This document shows positions 23,657 to 32,511 of a DNA stretch of 33,359 nt, piece after piece. Location of the stretch: the IMG/VR virus record IMGVR_UViG_3300017777_001247, positions 1 to 33,359 of that record; one strand, written 5' to 3'. The stretch is from a virus (lineage: Duplodnaviria > Caudoviricetes). Position 1 is the first letter of the stretch; every line of letters begins with the position of its first letter. Made by a program: the position numbers and the translations under genes. The notes beneath the pieces were generated by a model. That model was not told the DNA's origin, did not search any database, and saw only the letters and a list, made by a program, of their open reading frames with translations.

Positions 23657-25633
23657 ATGGCTGCCGCAGAACAAAAAAAATCGTATGAAATTGTTAAAAA
23701 CTTTCGTGGCGTAAACACGAAAGCTAACCGCACAGCTATTGGCGACGATGAATTCTTCTGGCTTGAGAACGCAATGCCGGTGGGATACGCCAACTTAAAG
23801 ATTACTCCTACTTTTGATGCCGTTGGCAGTATTACGTTTTCAAATACGGTTGTTAATTTCTTTTCAGCCAATATTGGTTTAGATGATTATTTAATAGCTT
23901 TTCAAAGTAACGGAAGCTGCGAATACGTCAATCTAACAACTAATGTTAAGGCTACATTAGCTTCCGCTAACACATTTTCTACTAGCGGCATGAATGTTAG
24001 CCAATGGAAAAACGAACGTCTTTTAATTAGTGACCCAGCTAAAGGATATTTTACGTGGGACGGAACTAATTTAGTTTCGATTGGTTCTGTTGGGTCTATT
24101 GGAATTGTTAGCAAAGGTTCAGGTTATACGTCTGCTCCTGCTGTAATTATTTCTGCTCCTAATCAAACAGCAGGAATACAAGCAACGGCGGCAGCTACTA
24201 TATCTGCTAATGCTGTTTCTTCTATTTTTTTATTAGAGGCTGGTTCTGGATATACGTCTTCTCCAACAATAACATTTAACGGGGGCGGCGGCTCAGGAGC
24301 TAATGCGGTAGCGTCTATTACAACATTCGCTCAAAACACTGTATCCGTTTTTGTGACAAGTGGTGGAACAGGATATACGTCTAATCCGAATGTATCTATT
24401 TCAGGTGGTGGCGGTACCAATGCAGCAGGTCAAGCTATTACTAGCGGAAACATTGTGACGCAAGTCGTTATGACCAACAATGGAACTGGCTACACAAACA
24501 GCTCAAACATTACAGTATCTATTACTGGCGGCGGCGGTTCTAACGCTACGGCTAAAGCTATTATTAATAGCGAAACTAACTCAGGTATTCAGTCGTTTTC
24601 TGGACGGGTTTGGATTTCTAGCGGAAGAACTGTTTATTACTCAGCCGCTGGTTCGTACAGTGACTTTGTAACGGTGTCCGCTGGTACAGTAGTGCTTACT
24701 GACGCTACATTGCACGGAAACATTATTCAATTATTGTCGGCTAATAACTTTTTGTATATTTTTGGTGACGATAGCATTAACGTATTTTCTGATGTGCGCG
24801 TAACGTCAACTGGCGCAACATTGTTTACAAATACCAACGTCAGTGCTTCGGTAGGTACTAAATTGGCGTATGCCATTTTCCCGTATTTCCGTTCTGTGTT
24901 GTTTATGAATGATTACGGTGTGTATGCGTTAGTTGGCTCAACCACTTCTAAAATATCAGATTCGTTGGATGGAGTATTTCCAAATATAGATTTTGCAACA
25001 GGAAATGTTAATGGCGGTCAGGTTCTTTTAAATAACATTTTGTGTGCTGCGTTTAATTTTAAATATACAGGCGGTTTAGGAACATCAAGCAGTCCAAGAT
25101 ACATACAAGCCATCTTTTTTGAAAAGAAATGGTTTTTTACTAGCGCAGGAAACAATCTACAGTTTGTTGTTTCTGTGCCGGTAGGCGGCAAGATTACGTT
25201 GTACGGTACAGATGGAAATTCGTGCGTGAAGATGTATGCGAACACAACGGCAAGTATTAACAGTTATGTTCAAACGTCTTTAAATCCGATGAAAGACCCA
25301 ATTAGAACTAAACAAGCGTTGAAGGTTGGTATTGAAGCGACATTGACCAATTCTTCAATTATTACTGTTTCAGTTGATTCTGAAACTAGTTCTAGTCCTT
25401 CTGTTGAATTGGGTCAAACAGGAAATTGGATAAATAATTTTTCTAGCATTATTCCTTGGATTAACAATAGTTCAACAGTAATTAATTGGACTACTGGTTC
25501 TACAGGGTATACGTTGTACAAAACAGATGCCAAGCAGTATGGCAAATACTTAGGGATGACCGTGACATCAACCAATGCTGGCGTTGTGTACAACGGTTTT
25601 GAATATGAACATGAATTGAGAGTGAGGTTCTAA
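23657..25633 (+). CDS. Tail nozzle / tubular protein B (P22 gp10/T7 gp12-like) with repeat insertion
   Basis: N-terminal NF.G.N...EN.MP, beta-propeller-like body and GRVW...VYYS; follows the adaptor. Confidence 0.7.
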   Translation: MAAAEQKKSYEIVKNFRGVNTKANRTAIGDDEFFWLENAMPVGYANLKITPTFDAVGSITFSNTVVNFFSANIGLDDYLIAFQSNGSCEYVNLTTNVKATLASANTFSTSGMNVSQWKNERLLISDPAKGYFTWDGTNLVSIGSVGSIGIVSKGSGYTSAPAVIISAPNQTAGIQATAAATISANAVSSIFLLEAGSGYTSSPTITFNGGGGSGANAVASITTFAQNTVSVFVTSGGTGYTSNPNVSISGGGGTNAAGQAITSGNIVTQVVMTNNGTGYTNSSNITVSITGGGGSNATAKAIINSETNSGIQSFSGRVWISSGRTVYYSAAGSYSDFVTVSAGTVVLTDATLHGNIIQLLSANNFLYIFGDDSINVFSDVRVTSTGATLFTNTNVSASVGTKLAYAIFPYFRSVLFMNDYGVYALVGSTTSKISDSLDGVFPNIDFATGNVNGGQVLLNNILCAAFNFKYTGGLGTSSSPRYIQAIFFEKKWFFTSAGNNLQFVVSVPVGGKITLYGTDGNSCVKMYANTTASINSYVQTSLNPMKDPIRTKQALKVGIEATLTNSSIITVSVDSETSSSPSVELGQTGNWINNFSSIIPWINNSSTVINWTTGSTGYTLYKTDAKQYGKYLGMTVTSTNAGVVYNGFEYEHELRVRF

Positions 25634-25634
25634 A

Positions 25635-26108
25635 ATGGCTGTCCCATTTACTTTTGCTACGGCAACTACGTCTATTCCACTGTCTCAGTTGGATAATAAC
25701 TTTTCTACGGTTACTACACTTGGCAACACATCCGTTGTTTTAGGTAACACGGTAACAAGCGTTGGTAATTTAACCGTTACTAATGGCACGTACACAAACT
25801 ATACCGAGTCTGTTGTAAATATTGGTACGGTAACAACCACCAATACTTTGTCACTAACTAACGGTACAGTTCAAATAGTTACATTAACGGCGGCTAATAC
25901 GTGTACGTTTACGATGCCAACAGCAACCGATGGTAAGTCGTTTGTTTTAATTGTTACTGGTGCTGCTACTGCTAATGCTACGTTTACCGGCGTTAAGTTT
26001 GCTGGCAATACGGCTCCAACAATTACTACGACCGGCAATAAAGATATTCTAAGTTTTATTGCTTACGGTTCTGCTTGGTACGGAAACTATTCGCAGAACT
26101 ACCCATAA
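25635..26108 (+). CDS. Tail fibre-associated protein
   Basis: LDNNF N-terminal motif; Thr-rich beta body ending DILSF..G..WYG. Confidence 0.65.
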   Translation: MAVPFTFATATTSIPLSQLDNNFSTVTTLGNTSVVLGNTVTSVGNLTVTNGTYTNYTESVVNIGTVTTTNTLSLTNGTVQIVTLTAANTCTFTMPTATDGKSFVLIVTGAATANATFTGVKFAGNTAPTITTTGNKDILSFIAYGSAWYGNYSQNYP

Positions 26109-26117
26109 GAGGTTCCA

Positions 26118-27014
26118 ATGTTTTCTTTTTCAAAAATTACACAAGCAAGGTCTAGTGCTGCTGGAGGTGGAGCTGCTCCATCAAACGTAAGTTACCTCGT
26201 TGTTGCTGGCGGGGGCGGTGGCGGCGCGTCTAAAACCGGTGCTATAAGTGGCGCGGGTGGAGGTGCGGGTGGCTACAGAGAATCAACACTAGCTGTTGCT
26301 AACGCAACTAATTACACAGTTACTGTTGGCGGCGGCGGTGGCGGTGGCATCGGTGGCGCAACGCCTACTGTAGGAACCCCCGGTAGTAATTCTGTTTTTT
26401 CTTCACTTACTTCTACTGGTGGTGGTTACGGAGCCGTGTCAGGTAATGCAGGTGGTATTGGCGTTGATGGAGGGGCAGGCGGGTCTGGCGGTGGCTCTGG
26501 CAACCTTAATAATGCTGCTGGTACGGCTGGTCAAGGTAATGCTGGTGGTGCTTCTGCTGCAAGCAACTACGGCGCAAATATGGGCGGGGGTGGTGGTTCG
26601 GGTGCTGTGGGTAGTAATGGCGTTTCGATAGGAAGCGTTGGCGGTAACGGTGGTATTGGCAATGCAACTGCTATAAGCGGTACTACGACTTTCTACGCTG
26701 GCGGTGGTGGCGGCAATGGCGATACCGTGCAAGGTCTAGGAGGCTCAAGTATTGGCGGCAATGCTGGCTCTACTCCTACTTCTGGAGTAATTAATACAGG
26801 TTCTGGTGGCGGTGGCTCTAGTGCGTCTAGTAACAATGGCGGTAACGGTGGTGACGGTATTGTAATTATTAGCTATCCATCTACCTTTGCTAATTTAGCA
26901 AATGTGGCTGTTACTTTAACTTGTAACGGTACGACTGGAAATACTACCCCTACTATTTCAGGTGGAAATAAAATTTATAAATTTACTGCTGGCTCCGGCA
27001 ACATTACATGGTGA
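26118..27014 (+). CDS. Glycine-rich domain tail/receptor-binding protein
   Basis: YLVVAGGGGGG, YTVTVGGGG, YAGGGGG, NTGSGGGG and GIVIISYP motifs. Confidence 0.8.
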   Translation: MFSFSKITQARSSAAGGGAAPSNVSYLVVAGGGGGGASKTGAISGAGGGAGGYRESTLAVANATNYTVTVGGGGGGGIGGATPTVGTPGSNSVFSSLTSTGGGYGAVSGNAGGIGVDGGAGGSGGGSGNLNNAAGTAGQGNAGGASAASNYGANMGGGGGSGAVGSNGVSIGSVGGNGGIGNATAISGTTTFYAGGGGGNGDTVQGLGGSSIGGNAGSTPTSGVINTGSGGGGSSASSNNGGNGGDGIVIISYPSTFANLANVAVTLTCNGTTGNTTPTISGGNKIYKFTAGSGNITW

Positions 27015-27019
27015 TTGAT

Positions 27020-27394
27020 ATGGCTCACTACGCATTTTTAGATAGTAATAATGTAGTTACAGAAGTCATCCCCGGAAACAATGAAGGGGAAGGTGGCATT
27101 GACAATTGGGAACAACAATATAGTGATGTGCGTGGTCAAGTATGTAAACGCACTAGCTATAACACGGTAAAAAATGTTCACTTAAATGGCGGTATTCCGT
27201 TTCGTGGTAATTATGCTGGTATTGGCTACACTTATCGTGAAGATATTGATGCTTTTGTACCTCCGCAACCGTACCCAAGTTGGGTATTAGATTCTAATGT
27301 TACTTGGCAAGCTCCAGTTACTTATCCTTTAGATGAAAATGTTTATAACTGGAACGAAACTAATCAAGAATGGGAGGTGTTAAGTGGGACTTAA
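27020..27394 (+). CDS. Conserved partner of glycine-rich tail proteins
   Basis: MAHYA.LD.NN.V, TSYN, NYAGIGYTY and DAF.PPQPYPSW motifs. Confidence 0.75.
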   Translation: MAHYAFLDSNNVVTEVIPGNNEGEGGIDNWEQQYSDVRGQVCKRTSYNTVKNVHLNGGIPFRGNYAGIGYTYREDIDAFVPPQPYPSWVLDSNVTWQAPVTYPLDENVYNWNETNQEWEVLSGT

Positions 27395-27713
27395 TGCGTT
27401 TACTAAAACAGGCAACACCATCACGTTTACGGCTAACGTAGCAGCCCCTACGCCTGTCCAATGCCTCTCTACTACCTTGGGTGGCAACCAGTACCGTGTC
27501 ATCAATACAGGCACGATAACGGTGTTTCTAGGCTATGGAAGTACGTCAGCAGAAGCCGCAAACAATGCTGTTGTCGTGACAAGTTCACAAACAGCGTTTC
27601 CTCTGTTGCCTAGTACGGATGAAATTTTGACGTTTGTGCCAAATGCTTATTTCTCAGCTATCAGTTCTAGTGGAACAGCAACAATATACATTACTCCCGG
27701 CGATGGCTTGTAA
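27384..27713 (+). CDS. Small beta-rich probable virion protein, paralog of 3432..3773
   Basis: GGAGG RBS with GTG start; shared C-terminal motif. Confidence 0.75.
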   Translation: MGLNAFTKTGNTITFTANVAAPTPVQCLSTTLGGNQYRVINTGTITVFLGYGSTSAEAANNAVVVTSSQTAFPLLPSTDEILTFVPNAYFSAISSSGTATIYITPGDGL

Positions 27714-27741
27714 TCCGTCATCGTAGTTAAAAGGAACAATT

Positions 27742-28782
27742 ATGCTAAAGGTAGCTGGCGGTGGAGGGGGTGGAGGTAACGGTACAGGTACAGTAACCCA
27801 AGTTAGCACGGGTACTGGTCTTACTGGTGGCCCAATTACGACCAGTGGTACCGTTAGTTTGGCTAATACGGCTGTTACTGCGGGAACGTATGGTAACGCT
27901 ACAACGGTTTCTCAAATTACCATTGATGCCCAAGGTAGGATTACTTCTGCGTCCAATGTCGGCATTTCTTCTAATGGCGTAGGAACTGTTACTCAGGTTA
28001 GCACCGGCACAGGTTTAACTGGCGGTCCTATAACGTCTTCTGGAACTATTGCATTAGCCAATACAGCGGTTGTTGCTGCCGCTTATGGCTCTGCTACTCA
28101 GGTTGGTACGTTTACAGTTGACGCTCAAGGCCGACTTACTGCTGCTGCTAATGCGACTATAAACATCGCGGTTGCCAATGTCTCTGGTGCTGTACCCAAC
28201 ACGGTTAATGTAATTGCTGGCACAGGCTTGTCTGGTGGAGGCGCATTGACAGCAAACGTCACTGTCAACCTTGCTAACACGGCTGTAACGTCAGGAAGCT
28301 ATGGTAGCACTACTCAGGTAGCTGCTATTACGATTGACGCGCAGGGACGCATTACAGCGGCTGCTAACGTGGCTGTCAGCGGTGGAGGCGGCACAGGAAA
28401 CATAGTTTCTAATGTTGTGACGGTTACGGCTGGAACCAATGTTCCTTGGACAAATGCAACTAGCGTTGTTTTGTCGTGGATAAACAATGCAAGCAATGTT
28501 GTTACGTGGACCAATACGGTGTATGCGGTCAACAACAACAATGCAACGATATTAGTCAATCATCCTTCTGCTCCGTTTGGCGTTGTCTTACCGTCAGCTA
28601 ATACGGTGGTCGGACAGCAATACCAGATTAAGAAAATAGACAGTTCATCTAATGCGGTAACAGTTAGCACGACATCTTCACAAACCATTGATGGCAACTT
28701 AACGTATTCGTTAGCAACAATATACAAAAGCGTTACGTTGCAGTCAGACGGTTCCAATTACTATATTTTTGGGGCTGTATAA
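27742..28782 (+). CDS. Tail fibre protein with three internal repeats
   Basis: 3x (GTGLxGG...LANTAV..G.YG.....IT.DAQGR.T.A.N); C-terminal IKKID...TIDG...L.SDG domain. Confidence 0.8.
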   Translation: MLKVAGGGGGGGNGTGTVTQVSTGTGLTGGPITTSGTVSLANTAVTAGTYGNATTVSQITIDAQGRITSASNVGISSNGVGTVTQVSTGTGLTGGPITSSGTIALANTAVVAAAYGSATQVGTFTVDAQGRLTAAANATINIAVANVSGAVPNTVNVIAGTGLSGGGALTANVTVNLANTAVTSGSYGSTTQVAAITIDAQGRITAAANVAVSGGGGTGNIVSNVVTVTAGTNVPWTNATSVVLSWINNASNVVTWTNTVYAVNNNNATILVNHPSAPFGVVLPSANTVVGQQYQIKKIDSSSNAVTVSTTSSQTIDGNLTYSLATIYKSVTLQSDGSNYYIFGAV

Positions 28783-28783
28783 C

Positions 28784-29008
28784 ATGGATGGACAATTTTT
28801 ATTTAATTTTGTAGTTGGCATAGCGGCTTTCTTTGGTGGCTGGACGCTAAACAATATTACTCGAATGATTAATCGCATTGATGAGGATATTCGTGAGATA
28901 CCTTACCTATATGTAAGTAAAGATGATTACAAAACAGACATTGCTGAGATTAAAGGAATGTTAGGCAAGATATTTGACCGCTTAGAGAACAAGGCAGACA
29001 AATCGTGA
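28784..29008 (+). CDS. Small protein with N-terminal TM and coiled coil
   Basis: Hydrophobic N-terminus; YVSKDDY...IFDRLENKADK. Confidence 0.7.
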   Translation: MDGQFLFNFVVGIAAFFGGWTLNNITRMINRIDEDIREIPYLYVSKDDYKTDIAEIKGMLGKIFDRLENKADKS

Positions 29009-29355
29009 ACATGGAGACATTATCCATTGTTGAATTTGGGAATAATGATTCTCTAGGTGAGTTTTTGTTTGAAAACGGTCTACAACATAAGCTATTTCAA
29101 GAAATATTAATGGATGCTGGCATTTCGGTGCCTGTTTACCCATTAATTGATGCTGATACAAACAATTTAGATGATTGGTTATTGGCACATCAAGTCGAAC
29201 ATCAAGCGTTTGCTGGCTTCTTAGACTTAAATAATCCGTTCAATATGTTGGACGTTGACTTTAATAATGAGCCAGATTTCTATGATTGGATAGCTACCCA
29301 TTTGTATATTCATGAACAAATTGTTGCTGCCCTAGGAATTTCTGAGGTCAATTAA
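29005..29355 (+). CDS. Acidic helical protein with HxxxH motifs
   Basis: QH, HQVEH and HLYIH; GTGA overlap with the upstream gene. Confidence 0.7.
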   Translation: MNMETLSIVEFGNNDSLGEFLFENGLQHKLFQEILMDAGISVPVYPLIDADTNNLDDWLLAHQVEHQAFAGFLDLNNPFNMLDVDFNNEPDFYDWIATHLYIHEQIVAALGISEVN

Positions 29356-29358
29356 AAA

Positions 29359-29847
29359 ATGCTACCCACCCCCCAAAAAAAACCAGTTTCTGAGTTTCAA
29401 AAAAACCAACCTGTAATGGAGCAGGTCAATAAACAACGCTCTAAAGCAGCGCGTATGGACCCAATTGAAATTTTAGAACAATCGGCAGACGGAGATAGAG
29501 AATTAGCTATAAGGGTTTACAACAAATTAACTCAATTAGTTAATAGCGACCCTAATTTTAGAATAATGAGAGCTAACAACAGTCTATTTATATATAACAA
29601 TCTTAGAGACGGAAGCGTTTCTTTATCTTTAGAAACGGCTGATTCACCAAGAGTTTTAATTGAAAGTATTCAATTGTTTTGGAAAGCAATGAAAATCGCT
29701 GGATTTAAAAAAGCAATTTTTGGAATAGATAATCCGCAAATTATAAAAGCTGGAAAAATGGCTGGCATTGATATAAAAACTGAACCAAGCGGAGAGATGT
29801 TAGATGATGGCGTAACTCCGGGTTTAATTGGAATAGGAGAATTTTAA
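29359..29847 (+). CDS. Hypothetical protein (possible degenerate GNAT-like fold)
   Basis: Position before the ejection genes matches T7 gp13-like proteins; the fold call is positional and weak. Confidence 0.55.
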   Translation: MLPTPQKKPVSEFQKNQPVMEQVNKQRSKAARMDPIEILEQSADGDRELAIRVYNKLTQLVNSDPNFRIMRANNSLFIYNNLRDGSVSLSLETADSPRVLIESIQLFWKAMKIAGFKKAIFGIDNPQIIKAGKMAGIDIKTEPSGEMLDDGVTPGLIGIGEF

Positions 29848-31418
29848 TGCCGGGCGTAGTTAAAGCTGCTAAAAAAGTTATTTCTGGTGCTGGAAAAGTT
29901 ATATCCGGTGGAGCTAAAGTTGTTGGTGATGTTTTTAATGCTGCTGGAGATGTAATTTCTGGAGCAGGAAAAGTTGTCTCAGATGTTAATAGAGCCGTAG
30001 TTAAACCTGTTGTTAATTTTGGTGTAAAAACTGTTAAGTCTGTAGGTAAAGCTGCTGTAACTGTGGTTGAAAAAGTTACTGATAAAGTTATTGATGTTGC
30101 TACCAACATAATTCAAAACCCATTACCAGTGCTTGAGACAATTGCATTGACGTATGTGCTTGGACCTGCGGGTCTTGCAAAGGGGGCAGCAATTGGCATT
30201 ACTACGACAACGATGGCAGCGGCTGTATCCTCCGCAACTGTAACGGCAGCCAACGGGGGAGATGTAAAACAAGTGGCAACTGCTGCCTTGATAACGTATG
30301 TAGCTGCTAATCCGGGACTAAGTGGACAAGAAAAAATTGTAGCGTCTGGTGCTATTCAATTAGCTTCTGGAGTAAAACCAGAAGACGTTATTAAAAATGT
30401 TATTGCTAGTACGGTGTCTAATACAATACTTCCAACTGTATTAAAAGATTTAAACGCAACAATTGCTAAAGAGTTTCCAACGGTAATTCAAGATACTGTT
30501 AAGAGCGCATTGATTAATGCCGAAAGACAAGCTGTTGCAGCCGCTATTACTGGTCAAGATGTTTCACGGGCAGCGTTAGCTGGTTTTGCTGGCGGTGCTC
30601 TTTCTGACCTTGCCCAATGGGGTGCAGCAGTAGCTGCTCCAAAAATGGAAGATGTAAATACAAAGTCTATTGGTATAGCTGCTGGCGAATACGCTCAATA
30701 TAAAGTAGCTGGATATTCTGATGAGCAAGCATTAAACAAAGCTGTTCAAGGTGTTTTTTCTATTCAAACACAAGCGGCAGCAAAAGCAGAATTGGCAAAA
30801 CAAACTGCTGGATTAAGCGGAGAGCAAGTAATGGCTTCGTTAAAATATAGTCAAGTTGGACAAAATACAGGATTAGATACTGGAACAAAACAACTACCTT
30901 CAGTAACAGTATATGGAGAAGCACCCATTGGTGAAAGCCTAAGTGTTTTATCTACTCCAGACATTCCCGGTGCTAGGAAAAGGGACCCTACTGCGGCCCG
31001 TGATGTTGCCGGTAAGCTTCCTCCAATAACTGTTATAGGAACACCAAGACTTCCAGAAGTAACTGTATATGGAGACAAACCTATTGGTGAAGAATTATCT
31101 CTTACAGGAACAGATTTATTTGCCGAAGAAAATATTGCCCCTCCTCCAAGAGAAGATAAAACGCCAGAACAATTACGCAGAGATACAATTTTACTAACGT
31201 TGATAAACAAGAATTTTGATACAGGTGGTGGGGGTGGAACCAGAACAACAAGAACAGTTCCTACTACGACGGGACAAGGTTCCGTTGCAACATCAGCGTT
31301 AGCGCAAGCATTACGTATTGGTGATGTAGGCGCACCGATATTTGGCAGAGATGAAGAAGGTAAAAAGGCTGGCTGGAATCTTGAATCATTACGCTATATG
31401 GGCAACGCAGGAGAATAA
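29847..31418 (+). CDS. Probable internal virion / ejection protein (523 aa)
   Basis: Amphipathic N-terminal repeats, Ala/Gly hydrophobic helices and three LPxVTVxG motifs. Confidence 0.65.
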   Translation: MPGVVKAAKKVISGAGKVISGGAKVVGDVFNAAGDVISGAGKVVSDVNRAVVKPVVNFGVKTVKSVGKAAVTVVEKVTDKVIDVATNIIQNPLPVLETIALTYVLGPAGLAKGAAIGITTTTMAAAVSSATVTAANGGDVKQVATAALITYVAANPGLSGQEKIVASGAIQLASGVKPEDVIKNVIASTVSNTILPTVLKDLNATIAKEFPTVIQDTVKSALINAERQAVAAAITGQDVSRAALAGFAGGALSDLAQWGAAVAAPKMEDVNTKSIGIAAGEYAQYKVAGYSDEQALNKAVQGVFSIQTQAAAKAELAKQTAGLSGEQVMASLKYSQVGQNTGLDTGTKQLPSVTVYGEAPIGESLSVLSTPDIPGARKRDPTAARDVAGKLPPITVIGTPRLPEVTVYGDKPIGEELSLTGTDLFAEENIAPPPREDKTPEQLRRDTILLTLINKNFDTGGGGGTRTTRTVPTTTGQGSVATSALAQALRIGDVGAPIFGRDEEGKKAGWNLESLRYMGNAGE

Positions 31419-31420
31419 AG

Positions 31421-32509
31421 ATGACTAAAAAACTAGCACGGCTATTACGGGCCGACATTCAAGAAACCAGCGATTTAAAATCAATTGCTGCAATGCTTGC
31501 CGGTAAAGGGCGTGGTGGTGACACCTTGTTAGCTCACATAACACCTAAAGAAGTCGGCTTATTAAAAGAAGCTGGCGGTGCTGGAACGGTCAACCCTGAT
31601 ACGGGATTGCTAGAGTTCTACGATTGGTCTGGTGGCTACGGAACTACAGACCCTACGTCGTATTATTCTGCGCCAAGCTATACGCCCACTTTTGGCGATT
31701 ATTCAGTATCTTCGCAGCAAGATACTTCAAACTTTGTGCCAACTTTTGGTGATTACTCAGTACCTGCTCAATCGGTTTCTGCCCCTGCTGCTGCTGTTGA
31801 TACTTATACTAGCGGCTTTCCGGGTCTTGGAGCAGAAGTAATTGGAAGTCAAAATGTTGTTGCTCCCGCTGTTCAACAAGCATATGAAGAATTTCCTCCC
31901 GGAATGGCATCTTCATTAAGTTTAGGCGGCGGTCAATTGCCTCAACCGCCATCTAGTGATTCTTTACTTAAAAAGTATGTTGGCGACCCATTAAAAGATT
32001 TAAAAGCAACTACAGGATTAAGCCTTAATGACCTTCTTCGTCTTGGTGGTGCTGGTGCTGGCGCACTTGTTGGTAGAAGACAAAACAAAGAAGCTGCTAA
32101 ACAAATACAGCAAGCTACGCAAGAACAAAAGAATTTAGGTTTGCCATATCAAGAGCGCGGTAGAAACCTTATGCGTTCTGCTGAAAGCGGAGAACTAACT
32201 CCACAAGGACAGCAAGCACTTGAAGCTGCAAGAGCGCAAGCAGCTCAAAACATTTCTAAAACTGGTGGTGTTGGCGTTGCTCAAGCTCAAGCACAGATAG
32301 AAGCGTTGCGTCAAAACTTGTTGCAAAACCAGTATAACTTTGGTTTACAGGTTTCTCAGATTGGCGACCAAATTACCTTGGGTGCTATTAGAACGGGTAT
32401 GCAGCTAGACCAACAGCTTAATCAGTCTAGCCAACAGTTTTATACGCAATTGGCTCAAATTGCTGGCGGTGGTACGTATGGCTACAACCCTCAACAAGTT
32501 AGAGGTTAA
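31421..32509 (+). CDS. Probable internal virion / ejection protein (362 aa)
   Basis: GRGGDT.LAHI.P.E...GTVNPDTGL.EF N-terminal motif, PTFGDYSV duplication and a Gln-rich coiled coil. Confidence 0.65.
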   Translation: MTKKLARLLRADIQETSDLKSIAAMLAGKGRGGDTLLAHITPKEVGLLKEAGGAGTVNPDTGLLEFYDWSGGYGTTDPTSYYSAPSYTPTFGDYSVSSQQDTSNFVPTFGDYSVPAQSVSAPAAAVDTYTSGFPGLGAEVIGSQNVVAPAVQQAYEEFPPGMASSLSLGGGQLPQPPSSDSLLKKYVGDPLKDLKATTGLSLNDLLRLGGAGAGALVGRRQNKEAAKQIQQATQEQKNLGLPYQERGRNLMRSAESGELTPQGQQALEAARAQAAQNISKTGGVGVAQAQAQIEALRQNLLQNQYNFGLQVSQIGDQITLGAIRTGMQLDQQLNQSSQQFYTQLAQIAGGGTYGYNPQQVRG

Positions 32510-32511
32510 TA

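Noticed and set aside
26118-28782. Diversity-generating retroelement or invertible tail-fibre cassette
   Set aside because: No reverse transcriptase or invertase; the repeats are in-frame protein repeats, not adenine-specific TR/VR pairs.
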